64,000 nt of DNA. It comes from Candidatus Zixiibacteriota bacterium. Lineage in GTDB: Bacteria > RBG-13-66-14 > B26-G2 > WVWN01. The notes under the pieces are model-generated. The model saw only the letters and a program-made list of their open reading frames with translations. It ran no database searches and was not told where the DNA came from. The stretch covers positions 128,001 to 192,000 of the forward strand of contig JASFLY010000001.1 of NCBI GenBank assembly GCA_050117845.1. The letters run 5' to 3'. The position numbers and the translations under genes were made by a program. Shown piece after piece: positions 9,065-19,631 of the stretch (positions are counted from its first letter, which is position 1; every line of letters starts with the position of its first letter).

Positions 9065-10642
9065 TTACTTGGCGTATTCCACGGCGCGGGTCTCGCGGAT
9101 AACGACGACCTTTATCTTGCCGGGGTACTCCAACTCTTTCTCTATCGTTTCGGCGATGCGCCGGGCGAGGTCCTCGGCGTCGGTATCGGAGACGCGCTCC
9201 TGTTCGACGACGATGCGCACTTCCCGGCCGGCCTGGATGGCGTACGCCTTGGCCACGCCGGAGAAGGAGTCCGCGAGTTCCTCGAGTTTGGTGATGCGTT
9301 TTATGTAGGACTCCAACGATTCGCGGCGGGCTCCCGGCCGGGCGGCGCTTATGGCGTCCGCGGCGGCGACGAGTACCGCTTCTACGTTGGAGGGTTCGGT
9401 TTTGCCGTGGTGGGCTTCGCAGGCGTTGACTATCTCCGGGGCCTCGCCGAAGCGCCGCAGGAGGTCCGCGCCTATTTGGGGGTGCGTGCCCTCGACCTCG
9501 TGGTCGACGGCCTTGCCGATGTCGTGGAGGAGGCCGGCGCGGCGGGCCCGGTCGGCGGGCAGGCCGAGCTCGTTGGCCATAATCCCGGCGATGTAGGCCA
9601 CTTCCTTGGAGTGGCGGAGGACGTTCTGGCCGTAGGAGGTCCGGTACCGCAAGCGCCCGAGGGTGCGTACGAGTTCCGGGTCCATCTCGTTGAGGTTGAG
9701 CTCGAGGATGGTCTCCTCGCCCACCTCGGCGAGTTCGCGTTCGAGTTCCTCGCGGATTTTATCGACTATCTCCTCGATCCGCCCCGGATGGATGCGGCCG
9801 TCTACGATAAGGCGCTCGAGCGCCCGTTTGGCCACCTCGCGCCGTATCGGGTCGAACGAGGACACGATGACCGCTTCGGGCGTATCGTCGACGATAAGGT
9901 CGACGCCCGTGGCGGCCTCTATGGCCCGGATGTTTCGGCCTTCGCGGCCTATTATCCGGCCTTTCATTTCGTCGTTGGGGAGTTCCACCACCGAGACGGT
10001 ACTCTCGGCCACGTGGTCGGACGCGCAACGTTGAATAGCGAGGCTAATAATTTCCCGGGCCAACCTGTCGCCCTCGGCGACGGCCCGGTCTTTTATTTCC
10101 TTGATGGTGCGGGCGGCGTCTCGCGAGGCGTCGGCGACCAGGTTCTTCATCAGAATCTCCTTGGCCTCCGCCGCCGACATCCCGGACACCCGCTCGAGCA
10201 TACGGTTCTGCTCTTCGGTTTTCCGGGCCAACGCCTCTTCCTTGGTCTTCAGCGCGCCGTCGCGACGATCGAGACCCTTTTCCCGGTTGCCCAGCTGTTG
10301 CTCTTTTTTATCGAAGCTATCACTGCGGCGTTCGAGCGATTCCTCTTTCTGGCGTAATCGATTTTCGAGGTTTTTAAGGTCCCGGTGTCGCTGTTCGGTT
10401 TCTCTTTCTGCTTCCTCCTTGAGCTTGAAGATATCGTCTTTGGCCTGCAGTAGCGCCGACGTCTTTTTATTCTCGGCTTCTCTCTCTGCTTCCTCCGTGA
10501 TCTTGGCGGCGATGGTCTCCGCGGTTTTAATTTTAGACTCGGCGACGCGCCGCCGGGCTATATACCCGAACCAGAAGAATATGGCTCCGGCAGCGACGAT
10601 CACCCCCAGGAGTAGGAGAAGGGTTTGAACGGGTGTGAACAT
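9065..10642 (-). CDS. rny: Ribonuclease Y
   Basis: N-terminal TM, coiled coil, KH domain ([14 protein letters not shown]), HD domain (LLHDIGK). Start reassigned to the ATG at 10642 after GGGGAGG. Confidence 0.97.
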   Translation of the reverse strand: MFTPVQTLLLLLGVIVAAGAIFFWFGYIARRRVAESKIKTAETIAAKITEEAEREAENKKTSALLQAKDDIFKLKEEAERETEQRHRDLKNLENRLRQKEESLERRSDSFDKKEQQLGNREKGLDRRDGALKTKEEALARKTEEQNRMLERVSGMSAAEAKEILMKNLVADASRDAARTIKEIKDRAVAEGDRLAREIISLAIQRCASDHVAESTVSVVELPNDEMKGRIIGREGRNIRAIEAATGVDLIVDDTPEAVIVSSFDPIRREVAKRALERLIVDGRIHPGRIEEIVDKIREELERELAEVGEETILELNLNEMDPELVRTLGRLRYRTSYGQNVLRHSKEVAYIAGIMANELGLPADRARRAGLLHDIGKAVDHEVEGTHPQIGADLLRRFGEAPEIVNACEAHHGKTEPSNVEAVLVAAADAISAARPGARRESLESYIKRITKLEELADSFSGVAKAYAIQAGREVRIVVEQERVSDTDAEDLARRIAETIEKELEYPGKIKVVVIRETRAVEYAK

Positions 10643-10692
10643 ATGAACCTCCCCGCGCGAAAACGGGAGGGCGGGCCGGGCGTAATAACCGG

Positions 10693-10914
10693 AAATCGGC
10701 CGAGGTACGCGCCGGGGCGCTGCCATAGCATCGGCGGCCGGAAGGCGCGTATGGTTTAATGGTTTTTTCTTTCCGGTTTCTCATGGTAATCAGGTGCGGA
10801 GGTATTTCTACCTTGCCGTTGACACCCGGGCCATTACGGTCCTGAGACACCGCTCCCCCTCGGGCGGGCCTTTCCCGTATCGCAACGTATATATTAAGGC
10901 CTATCGACCGAATC
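10693..10914 (-). ncRNA. Candidate rod-shaped ncRNA, 6S RNA-like
   Basis: Nested complementary segments from the predicted TSS to 10693, with two internal bubbles and an apical AGGUA-GAAA-UACCU. G-U pairs favour the minus strand, and a promoter lies immediately upstream. Confidence 0.55.
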
Positions 10915-10920
10915 ACAATT

Positions 10921-10948
10921 ATTATAAAATAAAAACGCCGCTTATCAA
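10921..10948 (-). promoter_or_regulatory. sigma70-type promoter of the ncRNA/rny transcript
   Basis: TTGATA-16 nt-TATAAT. Confidence 0.65.
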
Positions 10949-10997
10949 GGGAAAAATCCCCTTTTTAGCGGCGAACGTCTTTATTATCAGTGGTTAA

Positions 10998-11564
10998 CTA
11001 ACGCGGCTTAAAGCCGCCTGTTAGCTCCGTGAACCAATCGTCCTCTTTATAATTACCAAAAACGGCCTCGTCTTCGCCGCACGCCCGGCCCCTAAGGCCG
11101 CCGGCGAGTTCGAACGCCCGCGTCAGCCGCTCCCGGCACCGGTCCTCCTGGTCCAAACGGGCCCAGCAGTACGCGGCGACGTAATTCGATATCGGGCAAG
11201 ACGGCGCCAGCGCCACGGCGTATTCGCAATCGATAATCGCTTCCGATAATTCCCCGCGCCGGGCCAGGGCTATCCCCCGCGCGGCGAAACTGAGGCCCGC
11301 GGCCACGTCGGAACACATCGCTTCCCCGGCCGCGAGTAGCGCCTCGTCCACACGTCCCTGGTAGGTGAGGACGATGCTTTTAAGAGCCAGCGCCCGCGGG
11401 TGGCCGGGGTTGATGTGCAGCGCCCCGTCGCACGCGGCTCCGGCTCCGTCGAGGTCGCCGCCGAGGAAAAGCTGGTAACTCCGCCCTATAAGGGCCTCGG
11501 CGTACGGCCGGGCGAACCAGCTGTCAAGCCGTCCTGTCTCCGTGTTAGTTTGCATTACTCTCAT
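10998..11564 (-). CDS. TPR protein (paralogue 3, more divergent)
   Basis: LFLGGD, ALAPS, NYVAAYCWA, EDRCRERL.RAFEL, DWFTEL align with the other two TPR genes. Confidence 0.75.
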   Translation of the reverse strand: MRVMQTNTETGRLDSWFARPYAEALIGRSYQLFLGGDLDGAGAACDGALHINPGHPRALALKSIVLTYQGRVDEALLAAGEAMCSDVAAGLSFAARGIALARRGELSEAIIDCEYAVALAPSCPISNYVAAYCWARLDQEDRCRERLTRAFELAGGLRGRACGEDEAVFGNYKEDDWFTELTGGFKPR

Positions 11565-11593
11565 CGATTCCTGTTCTTATACGATTTAAAATA

Positions 11594-11622
11594 AGCTTAA
11601 GTTACCGGGCGTCACATGTCAA
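11594..11622 (-). promoter_or_regulatory. sigma70-type promoter of TPR paralogue 3
   Basis: TTGACA-17 nt-TAAGCT. Confidence 0.6.
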
Positions 11623-11674
11623 TAAAAAAAGCGCACCCCCGGCGCGCCCCCCCCTAAACGACCCTCCCCGACTC

Positions 11675-12607
11675 CTACCAACCGATGCACGCGGTCGCTA
11701 CGTACGAATCCCCCAGGTCGGCGTGAGGCCGCCAACACACGTCGAAGCGGTACTTCCCGGCCATAACGCCCAACCCGGCCGAGGGCATCTCCTCCGGGTA
11801 ACGATACCCGGCGCGGAGCGCCACGGCCTTCGCTATCGTGGCCTCGGCGCCCGCCGCCGCCCCCACGTCGCCGTCCTTACGGACCTGCCCCTCGGCGGTC
11901 GCGAGGAACCCCGGCGCGAACTCAATAGCCGCACCCACCCGGGCCGTGGCCGGATACACGTCGCGCACGTCCTTGAGCTCGATATTGGGGGCCACGAGGT
12001 TGGCCAGGCCGATGCCCACGCGGGCCGCCGGCAACGGCCGGAGGAGTATGCCGGCGTCGACGCCGAAACCGCCGTCCTGATATTCGTGCACCTTCGTCGA
12101 TATTATCTTGACGGCGATACCCAGGTTGTACCGGGCCTGTTCGCCCGCGACGACGTTTCCGCCCAATCCCTTGCCCCAACCGAGCATCAATGAAGTTTCG
12201 TAGTCGGAGAAGGTCCTCCCCGTCAATCCCAGGCCGGTGGCTTCCGGAATGCCGGAGGCCTTGAAGTAGTTGACGCCGGCGGCGAAGGTCCCGAGCGCAA
12301 ACCCCCGGCCGGACATATTATACGATAACGCGCCCGCCGCGTAGGAGATATCCTTCATGTCCGCGAACGGGTAATGATACGTGAGTTCGACGTTCCCCCC
12401 GGGAATCTGGTCCAACCCCGCCGGGTTAAAGAACAGCGCCGCCGGGTCGTCCGCGACCGCGGCGAAGGCGTTGCCCATGGCCGCGGGCCGGGCGCCCGCG
12501 CCGAAACTCTGCCAGGCGCCGGCGTATCCGCTGCCGGAGGCCGCGAGCGCCGGAACCGCCGTAAATACGATTGCCGTTATCAGTAAGGACGCTGTCGCCG
12601 AACGCAT
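11675..12607 (-). CDS. PorV/PorQ-like (UPF0164) outer-membrane beta-barrel protein
   Basis: Signal peptide; GAGARPAAMGNAFAAVADDPAALFFNPAGL signature; C-terminal aromatic W. Confidence 0.85.
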   Translation of the reverse strand: MRSATASLLITAIVFTAVPALAASGSGYAGAWQSFGAGARPAAMGNAFAAVADDPAALFFNPAGLDQIPGGNVELTYHYPFADMKDISYAAGALSYNMSGRGFALGTFAAGVNYFKASGIPEATGLGLTGRTFSDYETSLMLGWGKGLGGNVVAGEQARYNLGIAVKIISTKVHEYQDGGFGVDAGILLRPLPAARVGIGLANLVAPNIELKDVRDVYPATARVGAAIEFAPGFLATAEGQVRKDGDVGAAAGAEATIAKAVALRAGYRYPEEMPSAGLGVMAGKYRFDVCWRPHADLGDSYVATACIGW

Positions 12608-12637
12608 ACGCGCTACCCTTCCGAATGTCGTTTTTCC

Positions 12638-13037
12638 TTAAAAACCCAGTTTCTCGGCCCACGAGGCCGGGATCCTGACGGGCCGGCCGTCCCGCCCCCG
12701 GGCCGCGTGCACCGTGTACCCCTCGGCCAGAACCTCGTCTCCGCGCCGGACGACGTAGTCGAAGCGGACGCGGGCCCGGCCGGCGTCGCCGACGTACGTC
12801 TCGACCGTCAGCTCGTCCTCGAAGTGCGCCGGCGCGAGATACTTGCAGTGGGCCTCGGCCACCGGCATGAAAACCCCCGCGGCCTCCATCTCCGAGTACG
12901 GTATCCCCTTGTGCCTCAGGTACGAGACGCGGCCGTCCTCGAAGTACGCCAGGTAGTTGCCGTAATACACCACGCCCATGGCGTCGGTCTCGGCGTAGCG
13001 AACGCGAATGGGGACCGCGACGCTCCCTGGCGGCGGC

Positions 13038-13048
<11 letters not shown>
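12638..13048 (-). CDS. Acyl-CoA thioesterase (YbgC/4HBT hot-dog family)
   Basis: RVRYAETDAMGVVYYGNYLAYFEDGR. Confidence 0.92.
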
Positions 13049-14024
<976 letters not shown>

Positions 14025-14037
14025 AGTAATAACCGAT

Positions 14038-14880
14038 TTAAAACGCGCCGACGTACGTCAGATACAGCACGCGGTTATAGGCGCCTTCGTTTCCGAGTTT
14101 ATCGAGCTGGTTCTCGAGCAGGTTCGTGGCCCAGAATTCCAGGTTGAAGTTATCGGTCACGCGCCACCTCACGCCGGCCCCCAGGTAGCCGTAACCCATT
14201 CCGAGCGAGTCGGACGAATCGTCGTTGAGACCCATGTCGTAGGTGCCGAGTAAGGCCAGGTAGGGCCCGATGCCCTTCTCGATGGACGCGAAGACGTCCG
14301 GGTCGCCGTCGTCCTTGTCCTCGACGACGTTATACGAGACGCCGGCGTGAAGGCCCAAAGCGCCCAGAACGTCAATTTCCTGCGACAGGACCAGATAAAA
14401 CCCCTTGGCCTTGAACTGGTAGCGGTCGTAGTCGACCTGACGCTGTTGGGTTCTCTCGATGTAGGGGTCGAAGTCGTAATACTTGCCGTGGCCCTGGTCG
14501 TCGTAGCCGACGGCCACCGCCGGCATTATCGGCCCGCCGTTGGTGATGCGGAACTTCGCCTGGAAGCCCGGCCTGGGGTTCATGGTGGGCTCGACGTTGC
14601 CGAAGACGTCGGCGCCGCCGTACGACACCCCCACCGTGATGTAGTCGAAAATGCCGAGTTCGCCCCGAACGACGAACGGCTCCACGCCGATACTGGCCGC
14701 GTACTCGCCCCGGAAACGGGACCAGGCGGAAGGATTTTCCATCACGTACGTCTCACCCTCGGGGACGAAGTCCTCCTGGGCGAACGACACCCCGGCCAAT
14801 ATAAGTACCGCGAGAAGCGCCGCCCCGGCGAGACGCCGGAGCGAGGCCGTTTTGGTTCCGCTTGGAAACGCGTACGTCAT
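14038..14880 (-). CDS. Putative outer-membrane protein (YjbH-like beta-barrel)
   Basis: Signal peptide (SFA-Q), amphipathic strands, PAVAVGYD, C-terminal F. Confidence 0.65.
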   Translation of the reverse strand: MTYAFPSGTKTASLRRLAGAALLAVLILAGVSFAQEDFVPEGETYVMENPSAWSRFRGEYAASIGVEPFVVRGELGIFDYITVGVSYGGADVFGNVEPTMNPRPGFQAKFRITNGGPIMPAVAVGYDDQGHGKYYDFDPYIERTQQRQVDYDRYQFKAKGFYLVLSQEIDVLGALGLHAGVSYNVVEDKDDGDPDVFASIEKGIGPYLALLGTYDMGLNDDSSDSLGMGYGYLGAGVRWRVTDNFNLEFWATNLLENQLDKLGNEGAYNRVLYLTYVGAF

Positions 14881-14933
14881 ATTAGTTTCTCCCCGGATAG
14901 CTTGTAGACTAATAACCTACCGTCGCCCGGGAG

Positions 14934-16169
14934 TCAAGCCAAATCCTTGCCCTCGGCCCGGCCTTCGGTATTTACGGTAAGGCGCACCTGTTTGATGCGC
15001 CGGGCGTCGGCAGCGGTAACGTAGAAATCCATATCCTCGTACGGCACCCGCTCCCCCGCCTGGGGCACTCTCCCGCAGAGCGAGGAAATGAAACCGCCCA
15101 CGGTCTCGATGTCCTCCTCGGGAATGGCGGTCCCGGTCTGTTCATTAAGCTCGCCGATGTCCATACGGCCCGCGACCAGCCAAATATTATCGCCGATTCT
15201 CTCCAGCAGTTTGACCTCGGCGTCGTACTCGTCGTGGATCTCGCCGACTATCTCCTCCAGAACGTCTTCGAGGGTAATCAGGCCCGCGGTTCCGCCGTAC
15301 TCGTCGACGACGATGGCGAATTGGGCTTTGGCGTCACGGAATTCCTGCAGGAGCTCGTTTACCTTTTTCGATTCGGGAACGTAGAACGGCTCGCGCAGGA
15401 CCGAACGCAGGTCGGCGCCCGTGGCTTCGAGCGTGAAAATATCCTTGGCGTGTAATATACCCAGGACGTTGTCGGGCGATTCGTCCACGACCGGGATACG
15501 CGAAAACCCCTTGGCTATGACCGCCTCTTTTATTTCCTCCAGCGGGTCGCTCACGTCGGCGGTGACCATCTCCACCCGGGGCACCATGACCTCCCGGGCG
15601 ACGGTTTCGCGGATGCTTATAATGCCGTTAATCATATCCCGCTCGTCCTCGGCCAGCCGGCCGCCGTTCACCGCTCCGGCCGTCTCTATCTCGGCCGAGG
15701 GCGACACCGCCGCCGGGTCCACGCCGGCTCGCGTTATCCTGGAAATGCCGAGAGCGATAATCCTGGCTACCCAAATTATGGGAAAGAGAACCAGGTAAAC
15801 GAACCTGGCCGCGGGCCGAACGAAGTAGCCGATGAGCTTTACGACACTTCCCGGCAGGACGGCCCGGGCCACCGCCCGGACAAGGTAGAGGGCGACGGCG
15901 CACAAAAGCCAGGCCACTACCAGCGGTAAGGCCGGCACGTAGTACGCCATGAACGACGCCGCCACGAAAGAAACGGCTATTAGAAGAAATACCTCGACGA
16001 AAAAGAGCGCGTTGAGTATGGCGACCGGGACTGCCGGTTTACCGGCGCCGTCGCGGGCCGGCGTGCGGCTGGAGTAAGAGCTCGCGACCAACGCCGACCT
16101 CACGACGACGAAGACGCCGTAGGCCGCGGCCATCCCGATAACGGCCGTTAATGATGGAGGTTCGTCCAA
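14934..16169 (-). CDS. HlyC/CorC-family CBS-domain membrane protein
   Basis: N-terminal TMs, REVMVPR, FSRIPV, VDEYGGTAGLITLEDVLEEIVGEIHDEYD, CorC C-terminal domain. Confidence 0.93.
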   Translation of the reverse strand: MDEPPSLTAVIGMAAAYGVFVVVRSALVASSYSSRTPARDGAGKPAVPVAILNALFFVEVFLLIAVSFVAASFMAYYVPALPLVVAWLLCAVALYLVRAVARAVLPGSVVKLIGYFVRPAARFVYLVLFPIIWVARIIALGISRITRAGVDPAAVSPSAEIETAGAVNGGRLAEDERDMINGIISIRETVAREVMVPRVEMVTADVSDPLEEIKEAVIAKGFSRIPVVDESPDNVLGILHAKDIFTLEATGADLRSVLREPFYVPESKKVNELLQEFRDAKAQFAIVVDEYGGTAGLITLEDVLEEIVGEIHDEYDAEVKLLERIGDNIWLVAGRMDIGELNEQTGTAIPEEDIETVGGFISSLCGRVPQAGERVPYEDMDFYVTAADARRIKQVRLTVNTEGRAEGKDLA

Positions 16170-16203
16170 TTATATCATCCTCGCTTATACGTAATTAATT
16201 AAC

Positions 16204-16947
16204 CTAAGTGAATATCCAGAAACAGAAGGCCGTAACGCTGACGCCGAGAAGCGCGCCCGCCGCGACCTCCAAAAAAGAATGTATACCCATCCGTATACGC
16301 GATACGGCTATGGTTAACGCGAGAACGAAGGTTATCACCGCTATAAGTGGGTTGCGGCTGAGCAGGGACACCGCGGTCCAAAGGCCGAAGGCCGCGGCCG
16401 CGTGGCCGCTGGGCAGGCCGCCCCGCAGGAAGGTCCCTTTCCCCGTTACCGCCTTCACGATGAATACGAGAAGGACGGTGAGCCCCAGCGACACGACGGC
16501 GACGTGCTCCGGCGTGCGCCGCACGTTCACGAGCGTCGTAACGATGGGCCCCTTGAGGCGCTCGAAGAATATCAGGTATCCCACCAGAACCGCGTTGAGC
16601 GACGAGAACAGCACCGCCCCGGCGGCCACGTCCTTGGCGATGCGGGCCATAGGGTGATACCGTTCCACCGTCAGGTCCAGCATGACCTCGAGCGAGGAGT
16701 TTATCATCTCGGTTATCAGGACGAGCGCGATGGTGATGAGAAGGAGGATGAGTTCGGTCTTGGTAATCGAGAGCCAAACGCTCGCGACCAGCGCAAGGAC
16801 CGTGACGGCGAAATGGATCTTGACGTTGCGCTGCGTGCGCAGGGCGTACACGATGCCCTCGAGCGCGCTGTTGAAAGAGCGGGCCAGGCCCCCTTCCTTC
16901 ATGAAGAAGGCTTCCACGCGGTTGCGTTTTTTCCGGTTCTTGGTCAC
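16204..16947 (-). CDS. dgkA: Diacylglycerol/undecaprenol kinase fused to PAP2 phosphatase
   Basis: EMINSSLE..D, AKDVAAGAV; PAP2 motifs GGLPSGH and SRIRMGIH. Confidence 0.9.
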   Translation of the reverse strand: MTKNRKKRNRVEAFFMKEGGLARSFNSALEGIVYALRTQRNVKIHFAVTVLALVASVWLSITKTELILLLITIALVLITEMINSSLEVMLDLTVERYHPMARIAKDVAAGAVLFSSLNAVLVGYLIFFERLKGPIVTTLVNVRRTPEHVAVVSLGLTVLLVFIVKAVTGKGTFLRGGLPSGHAAAAFGLWTAVSLLSRNPLIAVITFVLALTIAVSRIRMGIHSFLEVAAGALLGVSVTAFCFWIFT

Positions 16948-16954
16948 GTGGCGT

Positions 16955-17407
16955 TTAATCTTTCGCGGCGGCCAGTTCCTCGGCCACCCTTTCCATTTCG
17001 GCGTAATCGTCGTCCGTATCGTGTTCGAAACCGGCGAGGTGGAGCAGGCCGTGAGCCACCAGCGCGCACAGCTCGTCCTCCTCGCTCACGCCCCGCTCCG
17101 CCGCCTGCTCGCGGGCGCGGTCGGCCGAAACGTAGACCTCGCCCCACAGCCAAACTTCTTCCGGTTCGGCCGGGTCTCGCCCTATCGGAAACGCGAGGAC
17201 GTCCGTCGGTCCCTCCATGCCGCGGTACTCGCGGTTCAGCTCTTCCAACAGTTCGTCGCCCGCCACGGTGACATCCAGCACGGCCTCCGGCGGCACGTCG
17301 TACTCGCGCCGGAACCGCTCGATCACACCTTCCAGCCGCCGCCGACTAATTGGACTTGGTTTCGGCAGAATGCGTAGACAGGTACGGGACGACGTATTGT
17401 TCCCCAT
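16955..17407 (-). CDS. ybeY: rRNA maturation endoribonuclease YbeY
   Basis: LNREYRG...TDVLAF, HGLLHLAGFEH; start uncertain because of overlap with the upstream gene. Confidence 0.93.
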   Translation of the reverse strand: MGNNTSSRTCLRILPKPSPISRRRLEGVIERFRREYDVPPEAVLDVTVAGDELLEELNREYRGMEGPTDVLAFPIGRDPAEPEEVWLWGEVYVSADRAREQAAERGVSEEDELCALVAHGLLHLAGFEHDTDDDYAEMERVAEELAAAKD

Positions 17408-19628
17408 TTTCCGGATACGTGGGCCTAATATGGAAAATACTGTTGAGCGCTTTTATCAAACTTTCTTTTACGAGATGTATTTCCGCGAGCGTCAGGTCGC
17501 ACTCGTCGAGTTGGCCGTCGGCCAGCCGGGCGGCCACTATCTTCTCGACCATCGAACGGATGCTCGTCGGCGAGGGGTCCTCGAGCGACCTCGAGGCCGA
17601 TTCCACCGCGTCGGCCAGCATCACGATGGGCGTTATCTTGCCCCGGGGCTTGGGGCCCGGATAGCGGAAATCGTCCTCGACCAGAACCTTGTGTTCGTCG
17701 AGCTTCATGGCCTGCTGGTAGAAGAAGGATATTAGGCTCGTGCCGTGGTGCTCCAGAATCGTATCGACTATCGCCGGCGGCAGGCCCGCCTCCTCGGCCA
17801 TCTTCGCCCCCTGCTTGGTATGCGACGATACGACGAGGCTGCTCATCTGGGGCGACAGGTGTTCGTGTTGAACGCCCTCGCCGCCGGTGTTCTCGGCGAA
17901 ATAGGCCGGGGCGCGGAGTTTTCCGATGTCGTGGTAATACGCGGCCACGCGGGCCAGGAGCGGATTCGCGTTCACCACGCCCGCCGCCCCCTCCGCCAGG
18001 CTGCCCACGACGATGCTGTGATGGTAGGTCCCCGGCGCCTCGAGCAGGAGTTTGCGGAGAAGCGGTTGGTTCAGGTCGCCCAATTCTATAAGCTTGAGGT
18101 CGGTCACGACGTCGAAGGTCATCTCGAAGAGCGGCAGGAGAATAGCGAGGATGGCGACACTCGCCGCCGCAAGGACGGTGGCCCACCAGATCTCCTCGCC
18201 CACGGCCTGCCAGGGCGACATGTCCACCAGGCCGATGCCCACGGCCGTCGCGGCCGAAGCCAACGCGATGCCGATGAAGACCCGGTAGAAGTCGACGCGC
18301 CGCCGAATCCCGGCGACCATGAAGACGCTTACGCCCGCGGCCGACAGGGCCATGAACGCCGGCCGGAACGCCACGCCCGCCATCACGCCCGCCAGGACCG
18401 CCAGCGCCATCGCCACCACGAACCCGAAACCGCTATCGATAAGAAGAGTAATCAGCATGGCGCCGAGGCAGGCCGCGAAGATATAGACCGCCGTCGGCGA
18501 GAAGTTCACGAGGACCAGCCCCAGGGCCCGGGAAACGAAGCAGGACGCGACCAGTACCACGCCCACCATCCACCAGTAGCGGATTTCGCCCGCGAGGGTC
18601 GGCCTGTATCTCAGGAAAAATATGCCCAGTATCGTGAGGACCATCGCCACCAGAAGCGACCGGCCGCCGAGCGATACGGCGAGGTTCTTGATGGTCTGAC
18701 CCGAGTACAGGGCCGTAACTGCCCGGATCTGCGCCCGCGTAATGACCTGGTTGCGCTCTACTATCTTCTCGTTCTCCTCCACCCACCGTTCGATGGGTTC
18801 GACCGCGTCACGCGCCTCCCGGCGGCGCCGCTCGGTCTCGGTCTCGTCGTACAGGAGGTTGGGCCGGACGTTCAAAGCCACTACCTCGGCGACCGCCCGC
18901 GCCTCCTCCGGGGACAGCGACGTATCCTGCGAAGCGAGCGTGCGGCCCCGCCCCACCGCCGTCGCGGGGCTCAGGAGCTCGTCGGCGTTGACTATCTTGC
19001 CGGCCTCGTCCTCTCCCCGCATGAGCGTCACGGTCTTCCCGAGGCCCCGCCGGTCAATCTCCGCGGTATCGATTACGCCCTCCGTTGACAGCGCGGCCAG
19101 GAGTTCCGCCGAACGGCCGCGGACGGCGTCCAGCGTATCGGGCCCGGCCTTGAGGAGGAAGACCAGCGTCTCCCGGCTCAAGGAAATGCTAAGCTCGTCG
19201 AGGAAGGTTTCGCGTTCGGCGCTGCTCTTGGCAGTGTACGTATCCGCGAGTTGGCGAATTATTACGAAGAACTCGCGCAGTTCGTCCTGGGCGATATCGG
19301 CGGCGTGGGGGGTTTCGCGGAAGACGGGAAGCACCCGGGCGGCGGCCTCGTCCCGTTCGCGCCGCAGCGTTACCCGGTCCTTCTCCACCGCGAATTTATA
19401 GGGGGCGGTAACGTCGGCCTTGGCTATCTCGCCCTCGGTCAGGGCCGGCCGGCGGAAGAACTGGTTGGGCGTCACTATAAGCGAGAGTATGACGAACGTC
19501 CCCAGGGCGATGCCGACGCGCTTGGCGTTGAGGCGGCGCCAAGGCTTGTCGGCCTTCTTCCGGCCCACGGTACGGCGGCCGCCGAAAAAGCGGCGCAAGC
19601 GCACCTGGAATCTCTTCCCAAGAGCCAC
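17346..19628 (-). CDS. pgpH: 7TM-HD c-di-AMP phosphodiesterase (PgpH-like)
   Basis: Extracellular domain, multiple TMs, EAPGTYHHS, YYHDIGK, EHHGT, FRYPGPKP, MLADAVES. Confidence 0.9.
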   Translation of the reverse strand: MALGKRFQVRLRRFFGGRRTVGRKKADKPWRRLNAKRVGIALGTFVILSLIVTPNQFFRRPALTEGEIAKADVTAPYKFAVEKDRVTLRRERDEAAARVLPVFRETPHAADIAQDELREFFVIIRQLADTYTAKSSAERETFLDELSISLSRETLVFLLKAGPDTLDAVRGRSAELLAALSTEGVIDTAEIDRRGLGKTVTLMRGEDEAGKIVNADELLSPATAVGRGRTLASQDTSLSPEEARAVAEVVALNVRPNLLYDETETERRRREARDAVEPIERWVEENEKIVERNQVITRAQIRAVTALYSGQTIKNLAVSLGGRSLLVAMVLTILGIFFLRYRPTLAGEIRYWWMVGVVLVASCFVSRALGLVLVNFSPTAVYIFAACLGAMLITLLIDSGFGFVVAMALAVLAGVMAGVAFRPAFMALSAAGVSVFMVAGIRRRVDFYRVFIGIALASAATAVGIGLVDMSPWQAVGEEIWWATVLAAASVAILAILLPLFEMTFDVVTDLKLIELGDLNQPLLRKLLLEAPGTYHHSIVVGSLAEGAAGVVNANPLLARVAAYYHDIGKLRAPAYFAENTGGEGVQHEHLSPQMSSLVVSSHTKQGAKMAEEAGLPPAIVDTILEHHGTSLISFFYQQAMKLDEHKVLVEDDFRYPGPKPRGKITPIVMLADAVESASRSLEDPSPTSIRSMVEKIVAARLADGQLDECDLTLAEIHLVKESLIKALNSIFHIRPTYPENGEQYVVPYLSTHSAETKSN

Positions 19629-19631
19629 GCT

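Noticed and set aside
17346..17407. 62-bp pgpH/ybeY overlap as a special feature
   Set aside because: The ybeY start is uncertain and the overlapped termini are non-conserved, so there is no evidence of significance.
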